Part shown: one piece after another, positions 10,829-20,699 of the stretch | How the letters are laid out: each line of letters begins with the position of its first letter | Numbering within the stretch: position 1 is the first letter of the stretch | Source of the DNA: Rhizaria sp. SCN 62-66 | Taxonomy: Eukaryota | Assembly: GCA_001724265.1 (NCBI GenBank) | Contig: MEDY01000191.1 | Location: 62,001 to 83,164, forward strand | Length of the DNA stretch: 21,164 nt | Direction of reading: 5' to 3' | Notes under the pieces: generated by a model | The model's input: only the letters and a program-made list of their open reading frames with translations | What the model was told of the DNA's origin: nothing | Databases searched by the model: none | Program-made: the position numbers and the translations under genes

Positions 10829-13221
10829 GCAACAGCACTACAAGCAGCAGTGGCCTTAATGGCAGCCTGAGCGACAAGGCGCCCCGCACCCTTGGCCTTG
10901 GCCTCAACACGAGCGCCAACAGCAGCAGCGCAAGCAGCAACGGCAACGGCAACAGCTCCCGGCGCAGCTACGGCGGCCTCGTCTCCCCGCGTTCCGCCGG
11001 TGTCCTCTCCCCCACCGCCGCGCACCGCGCTGCTCACGGTTACCCGGCCGCCACCCCCAGCGGCGGCGGCAGCGGCAGCGGCGGCCGCGCCGCGCGTTCC
11101 CCCTGGGCTCCCTCGCCCTCCTGCAGTAGCAGCAACAACGGCGGCAGCGGCAGCGGCAGCGGCAGCGTGACTCCTGCCGAGCGGGCGCGCGCGCGGCGGC
11201 AGTACGTGCGCTCGCACCTGGCGGCGCTGTCCTCCGAGCGCGCCTTGGCAGACGCTGTCGTCGCCGTATTCGACACCATCGTCCAGCAACGACCCGCCAA
11301 CAGCAACAACAGCAGCAACACATCCACTCCCTGCGAGACCGCGTCCTCATTCTCCGGCCCATTGTCGCTCAGCTCGCCGCCGCAGTCGCACGCGCGCGCC
11401 GCCGCGGTGTGCGCGGCGCTGACGACACGCGAGCCCCTGCAGGCGGCGCTCTCGTTGGCCGAGGTCGAGGCCTTCCTGGCCGCGCTGGGGCTGACCCAGA
11501 GCGCCAAGGCCGCCGTGCTCGTGGCCCTCCGCGGCACGGCCGCCGCCACCGCCGTTGCCGGCAGCAGCGTGAGCGCCGCGCCGCGCGTGGGCGACGGCGG
11601 CCGCGCCAGCTCGCCTGCCAGTGCCGACGCCGACAGCGCCGCCGACGCCGACGCGGGCTGCGAGGGACTGCTGTTCACCCGCGCGGCGTTTGAGGCCGCG
11701 TTCCGCGTGTGGGACAGCGAGCCCGCGGCGCGCGCCAAGCTCGACGCCTTTGAGCAGTACTACGTCGAGCAGTACCTGCCCACGGTCACTGACGGCGCCA
11801 GCAGCAGCAGCAACGCTGACGGCATCGGCGAGGGCGCTGCGGACGAGGCTGGTGCTGCTACTGCTGCTGCTGCTGCTGCTGCTGCTGTAACTGCCACTGT
11901 GCCGAGTGCGCGCCCCGCTGCCGCCCCTCGAGGCTCCCGCAGCAACGCCTCTGGCGCTGGCGCTGGCTCTGGCTCCGGGGCCGGCTCTACCACAGGTTCC
12001 GGGGCTGCGACGCCCGCGGGCGCCACCACTCCCGCCGGCGGCTCCCCCAGCGGCGTCGTCCGCCGCGTCCTCGTCTCCAGCGCCAACAACAACGGCAGTG
12101 GCGCTCATGCGGTCAGTGGCAGTGCAGGCGTAGTGCCGGCCACTCCTGCTAGCAACAACAACAGCGCGCCTGTGTCCCCGAAGCCTGCCAGCAGCTGCAG
12201 CGGTGCCTCTAGCGCGCCTGTTCCCAACGCCAGCGCCAGCGCCAGCGCCAGTGCTAGTGGTGGCCGTGTCGGCGGCTCGACTACCCGCGCCCGCCCGCTG
12301 CCGGCGCTCATTTTCCCCGAAACTCCCCGCACCGGCCCGAGCTCGAACAATAACATCAGCGCGAGCAGCAGCAGCAGCAGCAGTAAGGGCGCATTCACAT
12401 TCGCTTCTGTGCCCGAAGACTCCCCTCTCCCTAACTCGAACACTCCCGGCGACGACGCTCGCAGCAAGCTCACTGGCGGCGCCACCGCGCGCAGCGGCAG
12501 CGCGCGCAGCAGCAGCGGCGTGGACGTGTTCCTGGGCGGCGTGTGCGGCAGCTCCACGTGGCGGCTCGACACGGCCATCCCGGCGCTGGAGCGCCACGGG
12601 CTCTCCTACTACAACCCGCAGGTCGCGGACTGGAAGCCCCAGGTGATGTGCCTGGAGAACCTCATGAAGGCGTGGGCTCGGTGGCAGCTCTTCGTGGTCG
12701 ACGCCTCGACGCGCGCGACCGCGAGCATGGTCGAGGCCGCGGCGCTCATCGCCGAGGGCCGCAAGGTCGTGTTGGTCCTGGCCGCTGTCGCCGCGGGCGC
12801 GCAGGTCGACGGCGGGCCCGCGCTGGGTGAGCTGGAGGCCAAGGACCTCAACCGCGGACGCGCTTACCTGCGCGAGGTCGCCGCGGCGCACGGCGTCGCG
12901 GTGGCAGAGACCGTCGCGCAGGGTTGCGAGCTGCTCGTGGCCGCCATCGAGACTGAGGCCGAGGCAGAGGCCGCCGCGGAGGCGGAGGCAGAGGCGGAGG
13001 CGGAGGCGCGCGCTGCCGAAGCCGCCGACGCGCTGGCGCTCGGCGTGGACGAGGCGGGGGATTACTATGGGGACGACGACGACTGCGACGGTGACGGCGA
13101 CGGCAAAGGCGGCTGCAACAGCGGTGGCCGGCTGGCTCGGGGCGGGGGGCCCGACTTTGAGAGCGAGGTGCGCATGATTCACTCCAGCGACGACGACGAT
13201 GACGGAAACGATAGCGATTGA
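10510..13221 (+). CDS. 903-aa protein with an N-terminal transmembrane anchor, long low-complexity linkers and a C-terminal Raw-like / nucleoside 2-deoxyribosyltransferase-like domain
   Basis: Single ORF from ATG to TGA. Hydrophobic FALGAALGVASAAVAFWLF near the N-terminus. Domain at about 12520-12950: DVFLGGVCGSSTWRLDTAIPALERHGLSYYNPQVADW...LFVVDASTRATASMVEAA...DLNRGRAYL, matching my recollection of the Drosophila Raw repeat (VFLGGSC..TTWR..AIP....YNPQV..W; DLNRGR.YL). Confidence 0.85.
10786..10827 (+). repeat. (AAC)14 microsatellite encoding poly-Asn
   Basis: Perfect trinucleotide run, in frame within the Raw-like gene. Confidence 0.95.
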
Positions 13222-13607
13222 GAGCGACAAAGCGCAACCGACTCGCGCGTCGCGTTGGCGTCCTATGATTGGAGTTCTCCGGAACCTAGAGAACTTCACA
13301 ATGTGATACCATTTCTAAATTAAGTACATTGACGGCGGTTCTTCCTATCATATAATGTTTGGTTTTTGACGAGTTCTATGTTTCAGATCGATAGCGAACG
13401 ATTAATTGCTGTCTGTACATATCTACTGTGTGTCTGTTGAATGTGATACTATCTTGACCCTTGTTATTAGCTGTTTTGGCATACTTAGCTTTATTATTCT
13501 ATTTTATTCTGTATATCACCACAAAATAATACACTGATATCCATGTACATGTCCATTTAACATCAACCAGTACTGCACACAGTGTTACTGGACAGTCACA
13601 CCTGCGC

Positions 13608-14243
13608 TTACTCCTGCTTCTTCTTGAGCGTGATGACGACGTTGTCGTGCGCGCCCTGCAGCAGCAGCGGCGAGTCGTACGTCAGCAGCCCGCGCGTCTT
13701 GGAGTTCTTCAGCGTCGCGGCGAGCGCCTCGAACGTGTTGGACACCTTGTCGTCCTGCGCGCAGCACGCACGAACACAAATGCGAGTGGAGCATACAAAA
13801 GTGGGGATATGACACGGAAAATAAGCATTAATAAAAAAAATCGAAGTTATAATATGGGCCTCAAAATAAAACCGTTTAGGAGTAGTGAATTCAGTCAAAT
13901 ATCGAAATTAGTGCGCTGAAGTGAGTTCTGTGACGGACCTTGAATAGCTTGCCGAAGGTGATGGAGTAGGAGCCGTCGGCGTTCTCGGTGCCGAGGGCGC
14001 GGATAAACTCCTGCAGCAGCACAATCTCCTCCTCGTTCTTGCGCTTAATCTGCGGTGGAGGGAAGCCGGGAACAACAAATATATATGGGTAGACAGCAGT
14101 GAGATAAAAGGGCGACAGAGGGGAAGATCCGAAACGACGACGTAGCGAGAAGGATACGCAGAGCGAAAAAGAGGATCGAGCGGAAAGTATGTGTGTAGTG
14201 GGCATAAGCGTACCTCGTCGACAATGGCCTGGGACTGGGACAT
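13608..14243 (-). CDS. ABRACL: Costars family protein (ABRACL-like), 95 aa; join complement(14214..14243, 13939..14049, 13608..13754)
   Basis: Spliced product MSQSQAIVDEIKRKNEEEIVLLQEFIRALGTENADGSYSITFGKLFKDDKVSNTFEALAATLKNSKTRGLLTYDSPLLLQGAHDNVVITLKKKQE has the Costars signature (EEI..L...I..LG..N.DG...FG.LF.DD...N.FEAL..TLK..K......Y...LLLQG.HD.V.I.L). Two phase-0 GT-AG introns. An upstream in-frame ATG lies at 14279. If TAA is sense, the end moves to TGA at 13596-13598. Confidence 0.93.
13755..13938 (-). other. Intron 2 of the Costars gene (184 nt)
   Basis: AAG|GTCCGT ... GCGCGCAG|GAC; joins LFK to DDK of the conserved motif. Confidence 0.9.
14050..14213 (-). other. Intron 1 of the Costars gene (164 nt)
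   Basis: GAG|GTACGC ... CCTCCACCGCAG|ATT; pyrimidine-rich, phase 0. Confidence 0.82.
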
Positions 14244-14678
14244 GGGGTTGTTGCTGCGGGGTTCGGGGCGCGAGAGCATGGGACGAGTGGAGGCAGCAAC
14301 GGACACGCGTGCGGCGCGAGGAAACGGGGTCGGAAGATGGAGTGAGACACAATTGAGCGCGTACAACGCATCAGCAAAAGGGGCAATTAATAAAGTAGTA
14401 GTAGCAGTCAAAATGTGTGCGCTGCAGAGTCAGGTAGTGCATTTATCGTGTGGTATAAAGAAAAGTTTCGATGCACGGTCGAGTGACAGGAGTTGGCCCG
14501 CGTTAAGACATGAAGTTTATTACCAGTGCCCTGAACCGTATCATCCGTTAACGCCACTGTCCATCGATGAGGGATTATTATTTGTAAATTTAAATACATT
14601 CTCAAAATTATACTCCTTGAAATTTTGTTCTCGTTTCTCTATAGGCTCGGCGCATCGCGAGACTACCATCACATCAAC

Positions 14679-17600
14679 ATGAGCGAGCCGACGTACACGG
14701 TCGAGAAGATTCTGTCGCATCGTGGGCGCGACGCCGATCTTCAGTACCTGGTCAAGTGGGTCGGCTACGATGAGGAAGGCGACAACTCCTGGGAGCCCGC
14801 CGAGAACTTCCTCGACCTCAGCGTGCTGGCGCAGTACAAGCAGCAGGCGCACCTGCCGCTCTCGGACGCGGAGCGTTACTCGCTTCTCACCGCCACACCC
14901 GTGCCAGCCCCCGCACCTGCGCCTGCGCCGGCCAAGGCATCGACGACTCCGAAGGCCTTGATCTCGAATAAGGCTAAGGCAGTGCCTGCGCCCGCACCTA
15001 CTACACCGAGTAGCGGTAACAGCTCTAGCAAGAGCAGCAGAGCGCCTGCGTCTGAGGCCGTGGCCGCTGCTGCTGCGACCGGCCCCACATCATCGCCATC
15101 AGCATCCTCGTCGTCATCATTGTCATTACTGGCGGCAGCGACTGCGTCTGCGCCTGTTAAGCCGCCGCCGGCGACTGCATATGTGAAGCCGGCGGCTGAT
15201 ACCGAGGTATCAGCCTTCAAACCCAGCATCAGCGCCAGTGCCAGCCCCAACTCGAGCAAGAGTTCGAGCTTTAAGTCAAGCTCTGGATCTAGTAAGACAG
15301 ACAAGGCCGATAAGAAGGACAAGAAAGATAAGAAGGACAAGAAAGATTACAAGGAACGCTCTTCTTCTAGCAGCAGCAGCAGCAGCAGCAGTAGTAGCAG
15401 CAGTAAGGACAAGAAAGAAAAGAAGAACAAAAAGGACAAAGACGACAAAAAGGACAAGAAGGATAGCAGCAGCAGTAGCTCCAAGGACAAGGACAAGAGC
15501 CGCAGCTCCACCTTCGTCTCCAGCATCGCCCCATCCTCTGCTCTCGCCCACGGGCCCAGCCCCATGCCAGTAGTACCTCTCTACACCGCGGCCCCCGCCG
15601 CCGCCGCCTCGGTCCCTGTCTCGTTCCTGGCGCTGACGGCTCCCTCCAAGCTCGCAAGCGCCATCTCCGCCCCCGCTCCCGCAAGCAAGGTCGCGGCCCA
15701 CTCTCCGAGCGCCCACCTGACCCTGTCACTGCCGCCGCCGGCCATGGCCATGGCCGCGGTGCCCGTCGTCGGGCCCGAGGAGCCGCCCCTGGTGACGCCC
15801 GCGGTCCACGCTTGGGTGCAGGCGCAGCTCGTGGCCGAGCCCGCCGCGCGGCGCGTGTGCGCGGGGCTCACCGCCGTGCTCGACGCCGCCACCGGGGCCC
15901 GCAGCCCGCTGACCGAGGCCACCCGGGGCGCCGACGCGGCGCTGTGGCGGGACCGCGTCGCGCCGCTGCCGCCGCCCGCCGCGCGCGCCTTGCTCACGTA
16001 CGAGATGCCGCCCGAAGAGGAGCTGCTGCCCGGCGCGTCTTTTGTGCCGAAACTCACACTCGTTAGCGCGGAACAAGGTACGCGACTGGCTCACCGCTGC
16101 TTGGTTTGACTTAAATTTTGCTTAAAACGTATTGATCATGGTTTTAATGTGATGTTTTGGAATTAAATCTTACCTAAAACATGAATCTCTCACGATATTT
16201 CTCCCTAATTTTGTGTGTTTGTTTCGATTTTCTTTGTTCGTGCGGTACAACAGTGCGCAAGAATGACATCGCGTTCGCGTCGAAGTACGAGGTGCCGATG
16301 ATGGTCCATGCTGCCATGTGTACCGTCGTCGGGCTCACCGCGAAGCAGTCGATGCACAAGACGCTTAGTGACGCGCTGCCGCAGATGCGTCTGAGTCCCG
16401 AGACGCGGGCCGCGACGCTCAACGTGCTCGACGACGCCGCCGAGTGCATCGCCACCAAACTGGTACGCAGCTTATCCTCAGTTCAAGTCGCCAAACCATC
16501 ATATCTCCAAATCCAAAGAACTACTCAAGGAATATACTCGAATTTGTATGACTAATTTATCTGTCTCTTTCACAATATATTTTGCTTTTATCTCTGTATT
16601 CTCTGATGTGCGCCATATACTTCTTGTTTTTCTCTCTTCACTCTCGCTTCCCACTTCCCCAGTCCACCAAGCGGCTCACAGTCGCCGAAGCCCGCCAGCG
16701 CCTCAAAGTCGCCAAGGAGGCCCTTGTAGCCGCCCAGAAGGACTCCGACGACAAGGCGAAACGCGCGCACACGGCCGAGAAACTCTCCGCGCGCGCCGCT
16801 GAGCGTGCGCGCGTGGCCAACACCGTGGGGACGCGCACCGACGCCGCAGCGCAGGCGGCTACCGCGGCCGCGGCCGCGCGCACCGCTAAGGAGGCCGCGG
16901 CCGCCGTGGAGGACCGGCGGAAGGGCATCGCGGATGCCGAGGCCGACCTCAAGCTTGCGATAGACACGAAGCTCCGGTCGGGCGTATCGAGGACGGGGGC
17001 GGCGGTGGCCGCGGGGATCGCGGCGGTGGCCGCGATCAGTGGTGGCACTGCCGCTGCCGCAGCTGCGGCTGCCGCTGCTGTTGATGGGAAGAGTAATGCT
17101 GGCAAGTATGACGACAAGAAGGACCGCAGCAGCAGCGGCAGCGGCAGTGCAAGTAGTCATGATGCCGGCGACAGCAAGAGCAAGCCTATTAGCGACAAGA
17201 GCGGCTCACACAGCAGCAGCAGCAGCAGCAGCAAGAGCAGTGACGCCAAGCCTGCGAAATATGACGATAAGTCTAAGGGTCTGTCGAAGGAGTCCAAGTA
17301 CAGCTCCAAGCCGTCGAAATCTTCTGATAGCTCCAAGTCCAAGAGCTCTAAAGACTGGTCCTCGAAGAAGGCGTCCAAGAGCACGAGCAAGAGCAGGAGC
17401 AGGAGCCGGTACAGTGACGACTCGAGCTCCAGCTCTCTCTCGGACTCAGACTCGTTCTCGGACTCCAGCTACGGCTCCGACTCGAGCTTTGACTCGGACT
17501 CAGACTCGGACTCGAGCTCCTACTCCGACACAGCCTCAGACTTCAGCTCGAGCTCGAGCCCCAACTCCAGTTCCGACTCCTCGGACTCTGAGCTCGACTC

Positions 17601-17859
17601 CGACTCCGAGTCAGAGCGCCGCCGCCGCAAGTCAAGCAGCAGCACCACCAGCAGCTCGAAGACGAGCTCCCAGTCAAGCAAGGCCAAGTCCAGGACTCCG
17701 TCGCAGCACAAGCGCGCTCTGTCGGACGACTATAGCGACCCCGACAGCGACGCTGACCGCACGGGCAAGGGCAAGCAGAGCTCGAGCTCGAGGTCCAGCG
17801 GGGCTGTCGGTGCTGTTGGCTCTGGCAGCGGCGATAAGCGCGCGCGAGGTGGGCAGTGA
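14679..17859 (+). CDS. Chromodomain protein, 934 aa; join(14679..16077, 16254..16462, 16663..17859)
   Basis: N-terminal chromodomain YTVEKILSHRGRDADLQYLVKWVGYDEEGDNSWEPAENF with aromatic cage residues Y, W and Y. It is followed by P/A/S-rich and KDK-rich segments, a higher-complexity central region, a predicted coiled coil and an S/D/K-rich tail. Both introns are phase-compatible. Ends in TGA. Confidence 0.87.
15295..15500 (+). repeat. (KDK/KKD)n charged repeats interleaved with poly-Ser (AGC)n
   Basis: AAGGACAAG/AAAGATAAG 9-mer variants encoding DKKDKKDKKDKKD and KDKKEKKNKKDKDDKKDKKD. Confidence 0.85.
16078..16253 (+). other. Intron 1 of the chromodomain gene (176 nt, phase 1)
   Basis: CAAG|GTACGC ... 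T-rich ... ACAACAG|TG CGC AAG. Confidence 0.85.
16463..16662 (+). other. Intron 2 of the chromodomain gene (200 nt, phase 0)
   Basis: CTG|GTACGC ... pyrimidine tract ... CTTCCCCAG|TCC ACC AAG. Confidence 0.85.
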
Positions 17860-18365
17860 GCCTTTCTGCGCGTGACAACAACAAGCGCAACGATTACATA
17901 GAATTACTTAGATAAATAGAATAACAATACATACATCAATCCTATTTAAAATCACAAGACATAGTTACGTATGAGTTATCTGTATTGGAATACAATCACA
18001 ACAAAGATTAATAGTGTCTCGCCTCGCGATGGCTCTCGCAGTGCTCGCGCGGGTAGCAAGTGCACCGCACGCGAGCGTTGTAACAACTCTCTCCTTCTCC
18101 CGCCCGTGTTGCTGTGGCTGCATGCAAAAGTAGATCAAAAGTAGTTCCAAGTCTATAAGTTACTCGCATCTCTGACTGGCATGGCCTAACACGGCTCAGT
18201 TCAGACACAACTAACTCACTCACTTCGTCATTCGCAGCGCTTAAATTCATACAAGCTGCTCTCACTCCTTTCTAACTTAGCCACGTGTTCAAACACAATA
18301 CTCTCGACTTAACTCAACTCGACCCAATTTCACCTCTCTCGGCTCGGCTCCCTCGCGGCCCACGC

Positions 18366-19505
18366 TCACATCTCCTCCTGCGAGCGGCGCACGATCTGCC
18401 TGATCTTGCGCTTGTAGCCCTCGGGGTCGGTCTTGAACTGCACGCACGCGTCGACGTTGGCCGGCGAGTCGCAGTTGGGATCCGTGAGCATGGACACAAC
18501 CGAGAGCAGCACCTGCTCGACGCCCAGAATGGGCCGCCACTTTTCGCTCACGGGCTCGTTCGAGTTGTACTGGTCCTCGGCCGGCTCGTGCAGGATCGAG
18601 ATGCACACGCGGCCGTCAGGGAACACGTTCGGGTGCCAGAAGCCCTTGGTCTGGAACGTCATCTGCGGCGGATGCTCGGGGAAGTTGCGCGGGAAACGCA
18701 GCGTGGCCGGGAAAAGCCCGCCCTCGAAGGCCGTGTCCTCGGGGCCCTGGATCAGCACGCGCCAGTGGTAGATGTCGTCGCCAATCAGCCCCACGTTGAG
18801 CCCGTCGGGCGGGTCGCGGGACATCTGCTTGAACTGGCTGCGCAGGATCGCCATGCCGTAACCCGCGCCTTGCGCCGCCGAGCGGGACCGCTTGTTGCTG
18901 TTGCTGTTGCTGCTGTCTGCAGCGCTGCTGCTGCCCGACTGCTGCTGCGACGCCACCGCGGCCGCGGCCGCGGCCGCGGCTGCGGCGGCAGCGCCAGCAG
19001 CGGCGGCCGAGGAGGTAGCCGTCGCGCCGTTGCTCCCGATGATGTGGTTGCTGAAGGACGGCGCGGCGACTGCGGCGTTCGCGATGGCGGCGGCAGAGCT
19101 CCACGAAGACCGTACCAGACCGCCGTCGCTGCCGCTGCCACTGCTGCCGCTGTCATTGCTGCTGCTGCTGCTAGTGTTGGCGCTGACGCTGGCGGTGGCG
19201 TTGTCGCTGGCGACGACGTCGTTGTAGGTGCGGCGCGGGCGCGGCGGCACCGGGACGGGGGCCTCGGTGTTGCTGTCACGCTCGCGGTCGCGGGAGGAGG
19301 AGGAAGAGAACTGAGGGGCGGAGCGGGCGACGGCGGCGTCGATCGCGGCAAGAGTGTTGCTGCTAATGCTCGAAAGTGCGGACGCGGGGGCCGCCGGAGA
19401 CGCGGATGAGGATGCCGAGGAGGACGACGACGAGGCGGATGAGGTCGCCGTGACCTCATCGGTCGAGTTGTCGCTCTGGGCTTGAACAGGAGACATCGAC
19501 GACAT
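18366..19505 (-). CDS. UBC7: Ubiquitin-conjugating enzyme E2 of the Ubc7/UBE2G (Cdc34-related) class, 379 aa, with about 210 aa of S/A-rich N-terminal extension
   Basis: UBC fold: WRVLIQGPEDTAFEGGLFPATLRFPRNFPEHPPQMTF...WHPNVFPDGRVCISILH (catalytic Cys), acidic loop insertion EPAEDQYNSNEPVSEKW and PNCDSPANVDA. First ATG at 19505 in CAACATG context. Ends in TGA. Confidence 0.92.
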   Translation of the reverse strand: MSSMSPVQAQSDNSTDEVTATSSASSSSSSASSSASPAAPASALSSISSNTLAAIDAAVARSAPQFSSSSSRDRERDSNTEAPVPVPPRPRRTYNDVVASDNATASVSANTSSSSSNDSGSSGSGSDGGLVRSSWSSAAAIANAAVAAPSFSNHIIGSNGATATSSAAAAGAAAAAAAAAAAAVASQQQSGSSSAADSSNSNSNKRSRSAAQGAGYGMAILRSQFKQMSRDPPDGLNVGLIGDDIYHWRVLIQGPEDTAFEGGLFPATLRFPRNFPEHPPQMTFQTKGFWHPNVFPDGRVCISILHEPAEDQYNSNEPVSEKWRPILGVEQVLLSVVSMLTDPNCDSPANVDACVQFKTDPEGYKRKIRQIVRRSQEEM

Positions 19506-20699
19506 GTTGGGATAAATACGACGTGTACCTTTGTAAAAAGTGCTGCGGTAAAAGAGTTGAAAGACGTTCAAGTCCAAAAAGTGGGTGCCTTGGTGGCGAG
19601 CGCGGGGTCTGAAGACAAAACGAGGGGGACAAGGTGTCATTAGCAGGAAGCAGGTAATGATGGTTTTGACAAGAAAGATCATAGGGAAATCTGTAACGCG
19701 CAAGGCACAGGTTAACAGTCGTCATTTAATACACAGCTATAAGGTGCCACCTAAAGAAGACATCATTTGACTTCACAAAGTGAGTGGGAGTGTTGTTTCT
19801 ACGTGGTGTTTCACTGCATTCGAGAGCACCTTTCGGTAGATTGCCGCTATGAGATGAAATCAACGCAACAAGATGCACCGCTAATAAAACAGACACAATG
19901 CTCATGTGGTTATCATATATTGTACGCCGATCACAGTATTGACGACGGAATACGCCGCTGACGATCCATTTCGAAGACCCCTCACAGGCGTCGCCTCAAC
20001 GGGTCGCTCTCTGCCCCGCTGTCTTGGATTGCCCTCGCAAAGGTGCTCACAGTCACTGTAGAGCAGGGTCTTGATGCGCTGACTTCAAATCAGTATGGCT
20101 ACATGAAATCATTGTCAAGTGAGCCTTGGTTTTGATATGCTATTGGTCAAATACTCACATATATGAAATAATGACTTATTAATGCATAAAAACTGACCCT
20201 GTCCCACTATCCCCTAGACCTCCGTCGTGGACTTTGAGAGCGATCCGAGACTCACATCATCCCCAACAAACGCGGGTCAGAGCCCTGGGCCTTGATGGGA
20301 GGACGGTGAGGACTTGAAGTGGTGTAAACATAAACTTGAACAATTTGCCAATGATCCACTCGCAGCGATATGCTTCTATGTTTACCGCGTACAACACGCT
20401 TCGAAAACAAGGCTCTTGTTTTTCGCATTGCGCTTGCGTTGAGTTTTGTGCCTCATCTCGCATGTCTCTGCGTGACCGCACTTCAGACTCAGCCGAGCCC
20501 CTCATCCTGCCTTTTATTTATTCTTCAACTTGAATTCCTTCTTTATATCTCTCTTGTCTCACTTCTGCCTCTTCTGCTTTGCCTTCCATTGCTCCTATGG
20601 TGTGCTCTGTTCCCATCTCCTCTCTTCTTCGTGTCCTTTGCTCTCTTACTTCTTCTTGCCCTCGCCCTGCCTAACCCTCCCAGCTCACCCCACCGCACC

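Noticed and set aside
14690-14850. Chromodomain as part of a chromovirus LTR retrotransposon
   Set aside because: It is N-terminal in a spliced gene; no integrase, reverse transcriptase or LTRs are visible.
20078-20094. Hairpin GCTGA-CTTCAAA-TCAGT resembling a tRNA anticodon arm with UCA anticodon (Sec/opal-like), with another hairpin upstream at about 20044-20066
   Set aside because: I could not find a T-loop (GTTCRA), D-arm or acceptor stem at suitable spacing. Probably chance; tRNAscan-SE or Infernal would settle it.
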